From a virus, in IMG/VR virus record IMGVR_UViG_3300017917_001434, positions 25,593 to 89,592 of that record: a stretch of 64,000 nt of DNA. One strand, 5' to 3'. Positions 21,195 to 31,449 of the stretch are shown here, piece by piece. Position 1 is the first letter of the stretch, and every line of letters starts with the position of its first letter. The notes beneath the pieces are model-generated. The model was not told the DNA's origin. It searched no databases and saw only the letters and a list, made by a program, of their open reading frames with translations. A program made the position numbers and the translations under genes.

Positions 21195-21902
21195 ATGGCA
21201 ACAGATCAGGAAAAAGAGCAGTTAATGCAGACACTTCGATTTACACCACGCAAATATAAAGTTGAGATTTTTGGTTATGGTGGTGAGATTTATTGGGGCA
21301 GTGTTGACCGTAAAATTTACGATTTCTTTAAAGATAAAGAAATTGACATCAGCCAGTACGCCAGCGACTGGGACGATGACAAATGGGCAGATATTCCCGA
21401 GGACCTGCGCCCATTTCCGCCAGGAGCACCCTATGAATGCGACCACGGGTGTCATCAATCAGGTGCAACATTCGACAGTGGCAGTACTATCGTAGTCTAC
21501 GACGAACACGGCGAAGAAGTTTGGCGAAGTGACTTAGATGGGCGATCGCTAAACGATCAAGAGATTCCTGCAGAAGAAACAGAAGAACTCTACATCAATG
21601 AGTACGACGAAGGCACTGTGGTATTTTTTGGTGCACAAGGTGAAAAAGGTCTATTCTTTGGCAATGATTTTGAACTTCGCGCACCATTTGACCCTAAAAA
21701 ACTTTTTATCAGCTACGGCGACTACGATGGTTGGCTTATAGTAAACGGTGTACAGTACGATGGCGAAGACATCGACGGTAGTGATTATGATACATCAGGT
21801 AAATGGGGCGAGGCTAAATGGCTTATCGTCGGCGAGACTGAGGAAGTCTACGAAGGTGTAGAACGTGATGATGATTTTGGTAGTGAAGAGGACGAAGATT
21901 AA
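21195..21902 (+). CDS. acidic hypothetical protein
   Basis: 235-aa ORF with SD AGGA; strongly D/E-rich. Confidence 0.75.
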   Translation: MATDQEKEQLMQTLRFTPRKYKVEIFGYGGEIYWGSVDRKIYDFFKDKEIDISQYASDWDDDKWADIPEDLRPFPPGAPYECDHGCHQSGATFDSGSTIVVYDEHGEEVWRSDLDGRSLNDQEIPAEETEELYINEYDEGTVVFFGAQGEKGLFFGNDFELRAPFDPKKLFISYGDYDGWLIVNGVQYDGEDIDGSDYDTSGKWGEAKWLIVGETEEVYEGVERDDDFGSEEDED

Positions 21903-22285
21903 TGGCTGCAGTATATCCAGGATACGGCGCTGTGCCTCCAGGTAAAACGGCCAATCTGACAGTAGGCGGAGGCGCTGGGGGTGCTACGTCAGGGCAAGTG
22001 CTGACCATTAGTAATGGCACTGGCACTACCTATGCTACCGCTAATACTACCTGGAGTGCTAGTGCTAAAACCACAGCCAAGGGTGAACTACACCTAGAAG
22101 GCGAAAATGCTGACTTAGTCATCAACGGTGTTAGACTAAGCGAAACGCTGAAAGCTATTACTGATAGACTAGCAGTCTTACAGCCCAAACCAGAATTACT
22201 CAGCAAGTATGACAACCTACGTCAAGCCTACGAACACTATAAAACACTCGAAGCACTACTACATGAAGAAACATCAGATAAGTGA
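21902..22285 (+). CDS. hypothetical protein
   Basis: Translationally coupled ORF. Confidence 0.65.
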   Translation: MAAVYPGYGAVPPGKTANLTVGGGAGGATSGQVLTISNGTGTTYATANTTWSASAKTTAKGELHLEGENADLVINGVRLSETLKAITDRLAVLQPKPELLSKYDNLRQAYEHYKTLEALLHEETSDK

Positions 22286-22457
22286 TACTGTAGTAGACAT
22301 TAGGGACAACAGTCAAATTGCTAGGATGGCTGACTGGTGTAAAAGTAATCTTGCTACAGAAGAGTGGGATTATACCGTAATAACTATGTTTCCTTTGTGG
22401 ATTAGATTCCGTTTTCACTGCCCAAAAACCAAACTTTTAGCCATACTTAGCTCTTGA
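22263..22457 (+). CDS. hypothetical protein
   Basis: Fills the gap between genes; start uncertain. Confidence 0.45.
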   Translation: MKKHQISDTVVDIRDNSQIARMADWCKSNLATEEWDYTVITMFPLWIRFRFHCPKTKLLAILSS

Positions 22458-22482
22458 CATTTTGGTAAAATTGTAGTATAAT
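22454..22482 (+). promoter_or_regulatory. consensus sigma70 promoter
   Basis: TTGACA-N17-TATAAT. Confidence 0.85.
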
Positions 22483-22514
22483 ACTGTTAAATAATGTTAA
22501 TACAGGAGCAGACT

Positions 22515-22850
22515 ATGTCAATTTTACTTAATATTTTAATATTTTATGCGGTAATTTGTACGGTATTGTGTACACTGTTTTTCTTTGGACTAGCTAAACA
22601 TGTACGTAAAGCTCTAAAAAAAGAAGACTCGGTTGAACAAATTCGTAAATCAATTAAGCTGGTTTATATAGAAAAAGTTGATGATATTAACTATATGTAT
22701 GACGGGCTAACACACAATTTTATCACACAAGCAGACACAGAAGAACAAATGTGGACAAATGCCAAGTTGCGTTTTCCTGACAAAGAGTTTATAATTAGAG
22801 GTGAAAGTGGCAATGCCACTGTGGTTAGTGTAAACGTGAAAGGCGCATAA
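22515..22850 (+). CDS. hypothetical membrane-anchored protein
   Basis: AGGAG SD; N-terminal hydrophobic segment. Confidence 0.65.
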   Translation: MSILLNILIFYAVICTVLCTLFFFGLAKHVRKALKKEDSVEQIRKSIKLVYIEKVDDINYMYDGLTHNFITQADTEEQMWTNAKLRFPDKEFIIRGESGNATVVSVNVKGA

Positions 22851-23272
22851 TGAGCATGCACATGGAAGGGCCGTGGCTTAGTACCACAGGCAAGTACAAA
22901 AGCAAACGTAAGCACCGTACAGCAGCCGCTGCTGACAAAGCTCGCCGTAACGCAGAAGCATGGCAACAACTCCTGGAGAAGTATGATGTTAAAACTGATA
23001 AAGTGGTGGTGGCGAAATCTAAGTCCCATAGAACAGACACTAGTAAAACTGTGGCTAGTCCTAGGTATGATTGGCGAAGCCGTATTGATCCTAGCCGTCT
23101 TACTGACCATATTAGTAGTGTGGACACGGGTGCCGGGGTAGCCGCTAAACCCGCAGACAAAGTCTACACTGGTGATGCTATGATTGGTATTGGACAACTA
23201 CACAAGTCCAACGGCATTCCGATCTTTAAGTCAGAAGATGCTGTGGATATTGCTAAGATGCGTAGAGGCTAA
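22850..23272 (+). CDS. basic phage hypothetical protein
   Basis: Coupled ORF with C-terminal KVYTG...HKSNGIPIF motif. Confidence 0.7.
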   Translation: MSMHMEGPWLSTTGKYKSKRKHRTAAAADKARRNAEAWQQLLEKYDVKTDKVVVAKSKSHRTDTSKTVASPRYDWRSRIDPSRLTDHISSVDTGAGVAAKPADKVYTGDAMIGIGQLHKSNGIPIFKSEDAVDIAKMRRG

Positions 23273-23529
23273 TGCCATATACTCCACTAAAACGTGATTA
23301 TCAAATGCGCAGTGCGATGGGCGGCTGGCGCTTTACTCTAAAGCATAGATTTAAAAATGGTCCTTGTCCTTATTGGAGGGGACATGCTGGAATTAAACGC
23401 AGACTTCTAAACAATTTACTATTTGAAAAATGGCTTAAACGTCCACAGAGTGCGTATAAACTATACTGGCGTCTTCACCCGGAAGAATTCAAAGCAGCGA
23501 ACGAATGGTACAAAACAAGGAAAATGTAA
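23272..23529 (+). CDS. basic hypothetical protein
   Basis: Coupled to both neighbours by TAATG overlaps. Confidence 0.55.
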   Translation: MPYTPLKRDYQMRSAMGGWRFTLKHRFKNGPCPYWRGHAGIKRRLLNNLLFEKWLKRPQSAYKLYWRLHPEEFKAANEWYKTRKM

Positions 23530-23891
23530 TGGAATATAAAGATATACCCTGGAAAGATAAGATTAGCGAAGACGATAATATTGCTGTGTACAAGGACCGG
23601 TATCCTGTAACTGAAGGGCATATCCTTGTAGTACCAAAATATGATACCCTAACATGTCAAGCAGAAGCGTTTAAGTATGCTGTGAGTATTGGCCGTCATC
23701 AAGTGGCTATTAAACAATGGGACGGTTTTAACATTGGTATGAACTTAGGTGAAGCCGCAGGACAGACAGTTATGTGGCCACACATACATGTTATACCTCG
23801 ACGCTACGGTGATGTTGAGGATCCGGTGGGTGGTGTGCGTAACACTATTCCTGGTAAGGGCAATTACAAGAAAAATGCGACACAGAACTAG
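23529..23891 (+). CDS. HIT-family nucleotide hydrolase
   Basis: DRYPVTEGHILVVPK and AGQTVMWPHIHVIPR. Confidence 0.9.
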   Translation: MEYKDIPWKDKISEDDNIAVYKDRYPVTEGHILVVPKYDTLTCQAEAFKYAVSIGRHQVAIKQWDGFNIGMNLGEAAGQTVMWPHIHVIPRRYGDVEDPVGGVRNTIPGKGNYKKNATQN

Positions 23892-24183
23892 CACTAAAAT
23901 CTACGGGCAATGGTTAAAGTTAGTTAAGAAAACTAACCCTAAAACAGGACGCAAACATTATTCGGTGATTGCAGATGTTTATCAATATCTTGCTCAACCA
24001 GGCGAGTATGGACATGTATTCACCGGAACACCAAAAGATGTATTACAGGCCTGGCGTGATCATTTTGACCCTGCGGGCAATCGTGGCATGAAAAGTGCTA
24101 CAAGTTGGAAGTTTAGTAATCGTGAAGAAGCAGAAAAACTAGTGACCTTAGCGTTGCTGAAGTGGGGACATAGATATGGGTGA
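23875..24183 (+). CDS. hypothetical protein
   Basis: Start moved to MRHRTS; overlaps both neighbours. Confidence 0.55.
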   Translation: MRHRTSTKIYGQWLKLVKKTNPKTGRKHYSVIADVYQYLAQPGEYGHVFTGTPKDVLQAWRDHFDPAGNRGMKSATSWKFSNREEAEKLVTLALLKWGHRYG

Positions 24184-24523
24184 TGAGAAAAAAGATTGGG
24201 ACTTTTGGTTAGACGAATACAACAATACCATGGCCGATTCTGGACTTACTGTAGGCGATGTTACTATTGATCTAAGTGATTACTACAGCGGTGCTGACGA
24301 TGTAATCACCGTAGGTAACTATGACGAGTGGTTTAAAGATCTTAATACTCATGACAATATTACCCTAACAGGTGGCGGTGAAGAAATGTTGCGTGTTGCC
24401 GAAGATGGTTTTTATGTTCGTGGCATTAAGGTAGAAGCAGACGCTAAAGAAGCAGAGCAAGTGTATAAGGCTTTTAAACAATGGCTAACTTGGGCAACTT
24501 TATCTAAGAACCCAGATGAATAG
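24176..24523 (+). CDS. acidic hypothetical protein
   Basis: 115-aa ORF within the operon. Confidence 0.6.
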   Translation: MGDEKKDWDFWLDEYNNTMADSGLTVGDVTIDLSDYYSGADDVITVGNYDEWFKDLNTHDNITLTGGGEEMLRVAEDGFYVRGIKVEADAKEAEQVYKAFKQWLTWATLSKNPDE

Positions 24524-24554
24524 GCTTAAATAGTATATTATTAAGGAAAGGTAA

Positions 24555-24770
24555 TTGGCAAAAGAAGACGTATTAAAATTTACCGGCACAGTTGAAGAAG
24601 TATTGGGCAACAGCATGTTCCGTGTAACTCTAGAAAATGGACACTCTGTTGTAGCATATATTGGCGGTAAAATGCGTATGCACACTATTAAAATTATCAT
24701 GGGTGACACCGTAGAAGTTGAAATGACGCCTTATGATTTATCTAAAGCTCGTATTGTATATAGGAAATAA
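24555..24770 (+). CDS. infA: translation initiation factor IF-1
   Basis: MAKEDV...FRVTLENGH...[10 protein letters not shown]...[15 protein letters not shown]; TTG start; TAAATA at 24527. Confidence 0.95.
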   Translation: MAKEDVLKFTGTVEEVLGNSMFRVTLENGHSVVAYIGGKMRMHTIKIIMGDTVEVEMTPYDLSKARIVYRK

Positions 24771-24772
24771 CT

Positions 24773-25096
24773 ATGGTAACAATGAATCCAGGCGCGATAA
24801 CTAAAATTAAAGAATTACTTGCTGAAGAAAATAACCCAAATTTAAAACTACGTATGTTTGTGCAGGGCGGAGGTTGTTCGGGTTTTCAGTATGGTTTTAC
24901 CTTTGACGAAGATGTTAACGAAGATGATTTTGACTTTGAATTTGATGGCGTACATTTGCTAATTGACAGTATGAGCAGTCAGTATCTGCAAGGTGCCGAA
25001 ATTGACTACACAGAAAGTCTAAGTGGTAGTCAATTTAACATTAAAAATCCACAGGCTACAACTACCTGTGGATGTGGATCAAGTTTTGGCGTGTAG
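24773..25096 (+). CDS. erpA: A-type Fe-S cluster carrier (ErpA/IscA)
   Basis: [11 protein letters not shown] and CGCGSSF. Confidence 0.92.
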   Translation: MVTMNPGAITKIKELLAEENNPNLKLRMFVQGGGCSGFQYGFTFDEDVNEDDFDFEFDGVHLLIDSMSSQYLQGAEIDYTESLSGSQFNIKNPQATTTCGCGSSFGV

Positions 25097-25097
25097 T

Positions 25098-25460
25098 TTA
25101 TCCTGCGTGACGTGTTAAGAAGTTAATTCTAACGTTTTCAGGCTCAAAGTATTCTTCAACAGTTTGTTTTACTGTAGCAATTTCAAAATCTTTGCAGCTG
25201 AACACATCTAAGTAGATGTCGCCGGTGCTGTCAATAAAGTGTGCTACAATACTTGAAGTAACAATGATTTGAACTGCGGTAAATCCTGCTTTATCTTCAA
25301 ACTCACCAGCAGTGTATTCAATCCAAGGTTCACCAATTGGTTCCATGTCAATGCGTTTAACTAAATCACGAATGAAACGGTCAACGTGGTCACGATCCTT
25401 AATTAAGATACGATTTGCGTTATGACAGTCTAATGTTACGTGATAACCCCAAAAACTCAT
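25098..25460 (-). CDS. speD: S-adenosylmethionine decarboxylase proenzyme, short phage type
   Basis: WGYHVTLDC, GFTAVQIIVTSSIVAHF, YLDVFSCK; AAGGAG SD; TATAAATA at 25489-25496 (-). Confidence 0.8.
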   Translation of the reverse strand: MSFWGYHVTLDCHNANRILIKDRDHVDRFIRDLVKRIDMEPIGEPWIEYTAGEFEDKAGFTAVQIIVTSSIVAHFIDSTGDIYLDVFSCKDFEIATVKQTVEEYFEPENVRINFLTRHAG

Positions 25461-25502
25461 TGATATTCTCCTTGAACAATTAAATAACTATTTATATAAC
25501 AG

Positions 25503-25607
25503 AACCGGTCCTCTTTTACTTCTTAGTGAAGAGCAAAATGATAAGCTGAATTTACAGCTAAAACTTGAGGACGCTCAAGGCTTCGGTCATCCGGGAGGAT
25601 AACTCCC
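25503..25607. ncRNA. candidate structured RNA with four hairpins
   Basis: Stems 25511-20/25525-33, 25544-48/25555-59, 25564-69/25574-79 and 25593-97/25603-07 in an intergenic region. Confidence 0.4.
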
Positions 25608-25662
25608 AACTCCCCTAATCATAATTTTGCCATAAATACTTAACAAGTATTAGAGTAAAATT

Positions 25663-25962
25663 ATGACTATATCAACAGAACAATTTATCCCAGTATTAGT
25701 AGGTACAGTAGCTAACGATGGTACCGGCGACAGTCTTCGTGAAGCCTTTATTAAAGTCAATGATAACTTTTCAAATATCAGTGACATTGGCTTTGATGCT
25801 GCCAACGTAAATGTTACTAGGGCTTTGGTATTGAATGACTACGGAGTGCCAACTGCGGCAGGCGATCCCGGTACCGCCGGACAGATCGTTTGGGATACTA
25901 ATCATATCTATGTATGCGTTGCCGCAAATACTTGGAAACGTGCTAATATTAGCACCTGGTAA
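25663..25962 (+). CDS. small baseplate/tail protein with T4 gp9/gp10-like N-terminus
   Basis: VGTVANDGTGDSLREAFIKVNDNF; TAAATA at 25633. Confidence 0.7.
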   Translation: MTISTEQFIPVLVGTVANDGTGDSLREAFIKVNDNFSNISDIGFDAANVNVTRALVLNDYGVPTAAGDPGTAGQIVWDTNHIYVCVAANTWKRANISTW

Positions 25963-25973
25963 TAGGACAGATA

Positions 25974-28900
25974 ATGGCTCTACCTAAGTGGATAACCCCA
26001 GCTGGTAATTTAGGAATAATACCTGAACTAGAGTATTATCAGTTCAATCTTGACGCTTATGATGCCAGTGGCGGAACATTAGTTTACAGTCGTGTAAGCG
26101 GACGTTTACCATTAGGTATTCAGCTGGTTAACTCCAATGGTGCAGGTAGATTACAAGGTATTCCTGTCAGTGAGTTAGGTGGGGACCAAAACGTAGAGTA
26201 CCGTTTTACTATACGTGTTAAAAACTCCAGTACCAACGAAGTTGCTGATCGAACATTTACACTAACAGTTAGCAATATTATTCCGCCAATTATTACACCA
26301 AGAAATGTTGATCTTGGAATTTTCCTTGACGGTACCATAGTAAATCAACAGCTAGTAGCCGTAGAATCTACTCCAGGTGCAGTTTTGCAATGGCGTGTTA
26401 AAAGTGGCGAACTGCCACCAGGATTGTTTTTAAGCGATACTGGGTTACTCTACGGATATATTAAACCTATTCCCGAGCCCGGTCCGGGTTCCGTTCCTGG
26501 GTGGGACTTAACTCCCTGGGATTTTGACAGTGATTTAACTGACCAATCAGTCGAAGGTGGCGACCCTACACCAGGATTAGGTTGGGACTTTTCGCTACGA
26601 GCTATTAATAAAACGTTTAATTTTACTGTTGAAGTTACTGATGGTGTAAACGTTGATAATTCTACATACAGAATAGAAGTATTTCCTCGCAGTGCATTAA
26701 CCGCAGACAATGACATATTAACTGTTGATACTGGCGACTTGTCCACTGGTGAGGGATTAGCCGATGTTGATGGTGAACGCCACGACCCAATTATTATTAC
26801 TACTCAAGAAGATCTACCGCCAATACGTCAAGGCAGTTACTTTAGTTTTAACGTTGACGCTATTGATATTGACGGCGATGTACTACAATACAGTATTCCA
26901 AGTTCTGCATCTGGTGCGTTTGATGAACAATCTCTAGTAGGACCAAGTTTACCTTACGTAGCTGCAACGCCCGTTGGTACTACATTGTTTGGTGGTGCCA
27001 ACAATCTAATAGATCCAACTACTGCTGGTTTATTTGCCGGCGATAATATCAAAGTATTTTTTAACGGTGGATGGTATGAAGCCAGTGTTGACCGTGGAAC
27101 CACAGTAAGACTTTTTGGTACTACTATAGTATCTGCAAACGTAGGCAATATTGTTACACAAACTGGAACAGCAGTTAATGCCACAGTAACTGGTATAACT
27201 GTTACTTCAGGATTTATTGAATTTGTTGGTAATTTAGTTACAGCCAACGTTGGTGACTTTATAACACAGACTGTTTCGGGTGCTAATGCAACTGTAACAT
27301 CTAATGTTATATCGCAGTCAAGAGTACCTGTTACCTTTACGTCAGGAACATTTACTGTAGGGTCTGGCAACATTAGCATTAACAGCACAGCCGTTGACTC
27401 TTATCCAGCAAATGTTCAATGTTTCACTGATTTGTCTGTAGAATATAACATTGGTTACACTGATACATTTAATCTAAACAATTCATTATTCCCTGTGTTA
27501 ATTGGTAACGGCACAGTACAAACCTCTACACTTAGCTATCCTATACAAACTGTTAGTGTCGAGATCGCTCTTGGATCATTAGCCACCGAAGGCACAGTTG
27601 GATTTGATGAATCTCGATTTGATCAGGGCACGTTGGCATTGCCATTAATTATTCCAAGTACTCAATTAAGTCAAATTGATGCGAACACTGGTTGGATTAC
27701 TGGTACTGTTCCGGCACAGACTATTAGTTCTGTAGAATATCAATTTGAATTAGTGGTATTTAAACGTGACTATCCAACTTATAGTGCATCAAGACTGTAT
27801 ACCATAACCGTATTAGGTGACTTAAATGACACAGTTGAGTGGATTACTCCTACTGATTTGGGCACCATAGAAAACGGTCGTGTCAGTGATCTATTTGTTA
27901 GAGCTGAATCAACCAAAGGCAAGCCATTGGTATACAGTCTAAAATCCAATGGCAGTCATAGATTGCCACAGGGTCTGTTATTAACCAGTGAAGGATTAAT
28001 CACAGGACGTGTCAGTTTTGAAATTTTTACTCTAGACGCATCCTCTACTACTATCGATGGCGGTAGCACAACCTTTGACAATACATACTCATTTACAGTT
28101 ACAGCACGCGATTACCAAGGTACTATTAGCAACGATCGTACCTTTACTCTTAGAGTGCTAGTAAGAAACACAAGACCCTACGAAGATCTATATCTACAGG
28201 CATTGTTATCGCTGGATCAAAGAGTTACATTTAACCAATTAATGTCTGATCGCAGTATATTCCCACTGGAATCAATATATAGATTATCAGATCCATTCTT
28301 TGGTATTGCAGAAAATATACGTACATTATTTTTAGCAGGATTGAGTCCTAGTACCTTAGAAGAATATGCGCTGTCTTTGGCTAATAATCATTTTATTAAG
28401 CGTGTGCAGTTTGGCGATGTAAAAACTGCTGTAGTTCTAGACTCTAATTTTGATGTTAAGTACGAAGTTGTATATGTTGAGATCTTTGATGAAAATACCA
28501 GCGTAGCCGGCGAAGCTCCTGCAAATACCATTGACTTAACAGAAGTAATTGATACACCATATTACGATTTAGAAAATAATCCCTACACCATTGCATATCC
28601 AAATGCTTTTGAAAATATGAGTTCAACTGTTATTGAGGATATTGGCTACGAAGACAAAGGTGCTCTGCCAGATTGGATGACCAGCAGACAACCTAACGGA
28701 CGTGTACTAGGATTTACTCGAGCTGTAGTATTGGCCTACACTGTTCCTGGTGCCAGTGAAAAAATCGCCTATAGATTAAAAGACAGCAATTTTAATTTCA
28801 ATCAACTTGACTTTACCGTTGATCGTTACATGCTGGATAATAGCTATAGTCAAAACTATAATATCACAGGAAATTCTTTCAATACCGCCGAAGAAACTAC

Positions 28901-29831
28901 ATTTGATAGATACCCAAGTCTATCAAGTGCATTCACTGAACAAGGCACTGTTAATTATGCACTTAGCGTTGCCTATGAAGATATTGACAATAGACTTGTA
29001 TCAGAAATACAAGAACTTTGGAATGGAATGGACGGTATTAAAAATTTCCGTGACGGCGATACTGTTGTCTTTGCTACTCAAGAATTCTTCCGCGGACAAT
29101 TTGACATTGGTGAATACAATCAAGGTTGGACTGATGTACAGACCATCTGGGACGGCGATGATTGGGATTACGACAGCGATTTAACTGATAATCCTTATAC
29201 CGAGGCACTACCTTGGACTGCTAACACTATATTCCAACCAGGATTCACAGTGGTGTACAACGATGTTCCTTATAGAGTAAATGCGCGATTCCAGTCCGGC
29301 ACTAGTTTTGCTATCTTTAATGTATTCAATGGTCAATTTGATGAAAATGGCGGCGGATATGATGCAACAGGTCTTGAAGGAGAAATCATTGTACCAAACA
29401 TGACACAGATTCCAATCAGTTCAGGCATTAATTTAACTGATGGACTTGGTTGGGATGCAGCTACCTATGTTCCCGGATACGACGAAAATCTATTAGACCC
29501 AACGGTACCCAACAAGCGTGCTGGTATTTGGCGTGTGAACATCAGTGACACGGATGTAGTAACCTTGACCTTTATACAGTCTGTGCCAATTAACGGTACT
29601 TTATACGTTAAAAACGGTTTCACCTATGGCGGAACTACTATCTACTATGATCCTGTTGTGAAACCCGGACTATTGTATCCAAACTACAGTATTATTCCTC
29701 AACAGATTGAAACTACCTACACAACCTTTGATGGCAACGGAACACGCTTCTTTAGTGATCGAGATGTGTACACTGTTCCAGGAAGCAATGATAAATATAT
29801 TAAATTTGGTAAACTCGGAGTTTTTAATTAA
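25974..29831 (+). CDS. virion structural protein with putative Ig-like (He_PIG) domains
   Basis: Repeated SGxLPxGL motifs and FTVxVxD strands. Confidence 0.7.
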   Translation: MALPKWITPAGNLGIIPELEYYQFNLDAYDASGGTLVYSRVSGRLPLGIQLVNSNGAGRLQGIPVSELGGDQNVEYRFTIRVKNSSTNEVADRTFTLTVSNIIPPIITPRNVDLGIFLDGTIVNQQLVAVESTPGAVLQWRVKSGELPPGLFLSDTGLLYGYIKPIPEPGPGSVPGWDLTPWDFDSDLTDQSVEGGDPTPGLGWDFSLRAINKTFNFTVEVTDGVNVDNSTYRIEVFPRSALTADNDILTVDTGDLSTGEGLADVDGERHDPIIITTQEDLPPIRQGSYFSFNVDAIDIDGDVLQYSIPSSASGAFDEQSLVGPSLPYVAATPVGTTLFGGANNLIDPTTAGLFAGDNIKVFFNGGWYEASVDRGTTVRLFGTTIVSANVGNIVTQTGTAVNATVTGITVTSGFIEFVGNLVTANVGDFITQTVSGANATVTSNVISQSRVPVTFTSGTFTVGSGNISINSTAVDSYPANVQCFTDLSVEYNIGYTDTFNLNNSLFPVLIGNGTVQTSTLSYPIQTVSVEIALGSLATEGTVGFDESRFDQGTLALPLIIPSTQLSQIDANTGWITGTVPAQTISSVEYQFELVVFKRDYPTYSASRLYTITVLGDLNDTVEWITPTDLGTIENGRVSDLFVRAESTKGKPLVYSLKSNGSHRLPQGLLLTSEGLITGRVSFEIFTLDASSTTIDGGSTTFDNTYSFTVTARDYQGTISNDRTFTLRVLVRNTRPYEDLYLQALLSLDQRVTFNQLMSDRSIFPLESIYRLSDPFFGIAENIRTLFLAGLSPSTLEEYALSLANNHFIKRVQFGDVKTAVVLDSNFDVKYEVVYVEIFDENTSVAGEAPANTIDLTEVIDTPYYDLENNPYTIAYPNAFENMSSTVIEDIGYEDKGALPDWMTSRQPNGRVLGFTRAVVLAYTVPGASEKIAYRLKDSNFNFNQLDFTVDRYMLDNSYSQNYNITGNSFNTAEETTFDRYPSLSSAFTEQGTVNYALSVAYEDIDNRLVSEIQELWNGMDGIKNFRDGDTVVFATQEFFRGQFDIGEYNQGWTDVQTIWDGDDWDYDSDLTDNPYTEALPWTANTIFQPGFTVVYNDVPYRVNARFQSGTSFAIFNVFNGQFDENGGGYDATGLEGEIIVPNMTQIPISSGINLTDGLGWDAATYVPGYDENLLDPTVPNKRAGIWRVNISDTDVVTLTFIQSVPINGTLYVKNGFTYGGTTIYYDPVVKPGLLYPNYSIIPQQIETTYTTFDGNGTRFFSDRDVYTVPGSNDKYIKFGKLGVFN

Positions 29832-29833
29832 CC

Positions 29834-30733
29834 ATGACATCATCAATTAACCCAAACAATATTGACGGCCAGTATCCTGTTGCCGGTCAAGATAATGACA
29901 GTCAGGGATTTCGTGATAATTTCACTAATATCAGAAATAACCTAACTTTTGCAAAAACAGAGATTGAAGACCTACAACAAAACGTGCTGTTAAAAGGTGC
30001 ATTGTCAGGTGCTACACTAGACAACGAAATGAGTAACACACAGCTAAAAGGTGTTCAGTGCTTACGTTTTACAGAAACCATTGACGAACTAGGCCCTCTC
30101 AGCGGAACAGTTACAATAGATTGGCAACAAGCACACTTTCATGTTTTAGAAACCAGTGGAAGTGTAGAATTAGATTTCATTGGTTGGCCAACTAGTGGAT
30201 TTTTTACTAAACTACGTTTAGAGGTTGACGTTACTAGCACAGCACATACATTAACATTGCCAACTGAAGTTACTCAAGGTGCACGTTTTATACGTGGTGC
30301 AGCCCTTGACAGTGTAACTGGTAAATGGACTATTACGTTTACACAAATTGGTGTTTATCAATTTGAATTTAGTAGCTACAACAACGGTACTACTATAACA
30401 ATGTTTGATTTAACACGCAACAGTAACCCAGCATTAACTGATTATCAATATCTAACTCCAACAGCAGGCGGCTTTGCTAATATCAGCGCATACGCATCAA
30501 CTGTTATTGTTAATCCAGCTGGTACTATTGCTAGTGCTAATATTAATTTTCCTGCAAATACCAGTGTATTAGATGGACAAACTATAAGTTTTGCCTTTGG
30601 AAATACCATTACTACATCAACGTTATTTGGTAATGGTGCTACAATCAGTGGTACGTTAACCACTGCTGGTGCTACAACACCTGCAAAATTCATTTACAAG
30701 CAATCAACAAACACTTGGTATAGATTAGGTTAA
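29834..30733 (+). CDS. virion structural protein
   Basis: YPVAGQDNDSQGFRDNF N-terminus; within the late operon. Confidence 0.6.
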   Translation: MTSSINPNNIDGQYPVAGQDNDSQGFRDNFTNIRNNLTFAKTEIEDLQQNVLLKGALSGATLDNEMSNTQLKGVQCLRFTETIDELGPLSGTVTIDWQQAHFHVLETSGSVELDFIGWPTSGFFTKLRLEVDVTSTAHTLTLPTEVTQGARFIRGAALDSVTGKWTITFTQIGVYQFEFSSYNNGTTITMFDLTRNSNPALTDYQYLTPTAGGFANISAYASTVIVNPAGTIASANINFPANTSVLDGQTISFAFGNTITTSTLFGNGATISGTLTTAGATTPAKFIYKQSTNTWYRLG

Positions 30734-30747
30734 TATACCAAAAATCA

Positions 30748-30799
30748 TTGACTCCTTATAGTTTATGCTGTATAGTATAGCTATAAGGAGTTTTCTTTT
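30748..30799 (+). promoter_or_regulatory. sigma70 promoter within a terminator/RBS-occluding hairpin
   Basis: TTGACT-N17-TATAGT; arms ACTCCTTATAG 30751-61 and CTATAAGGAGT 30781-91, the latter containing the SD, then a T tract. Confidence 0.7.
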
Positions 30800-31213
30800 A
30801 TGAGCAATCAAATCGATCTAAACAAATATCAAGAGTTTGTTGAAGCTGTGACATCAGCAGAATCAAACTACTGCGGACAATTTGTAAGCCAACTACAGTA
30901 TCTTAAAAGCAATTCAGATGTTAATTTTAGTCTACTGCTTACCGCAGTTATTGGCCTAAGTGCTGAAACAGGTGAGTTTGCTGAAATACCCAAAAAGATC
31001 TTGTTTCAAGGTAAACCATTGAATGAAGAAAGTCTATTTCATATGAAACGTGAACTAGGTGATATCATGTGGTATTGGGTAAATGCTTGCCGTGCTCTTA
31101 ACCTAGATCCTAATGATGTTATTGCTGAAAACGTAAATAAACTACAGAGTCGCTATCCTGGCGGCACGTTTGACGCTTACTACAGCGAGAATAGGAAACA
31201 AGGAGACTTGTAA
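30800..31213 (+). CDS. mazG: MazG-like NTP pyrophosphohydrolase
   Basis: GLSAETGEFAEIPKK, ELGDIMWY, NVNKLQSRYP. Confidence 0.9.
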   Translation: MSNQIDLNKYQEFVEAVTSAESNYCGQFVSQLQYLKSNSDVNFSLLLTAVIGLSAETGEFAEIPKKILFQGKPLNEESLFHMKRELGDIMWYWVNACRALNLDPNDVIAENVNKLQSRYPGGTFDAYYSENRKQGDL

Positions 31214-31449
31214 TGCACCCATTGACCCCTGATTTATCTAAACTGACCGACGACGAACTACATAAAAAACGTGGCGAGTTGATGAATCGATTGACGTTTG
31301 CTTATCGTATGGGTCACTCTGATATAGTTGGACAAGCTCAATTAATTCTAGGCGATTACGAAGCAGAAATATCGCGTCGTAATCAAAAAATGCTAGAAGA
31401 AATGCAAAAAACTAATCCCGGCTTTAAAGACAAGATTGATATTAAATGA
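31213..31449 (+). CDS. hypothetical protein
   Basis: Translationally coupled ORF. Confidence 0.65.
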   Translation: MHPLTPDLSKLTDDELHKKRGELMNRLTFAYRMGHSDIVGQAQLILGDYEAEISRRNQKMLEEMQKTNPGFKDKIDIK

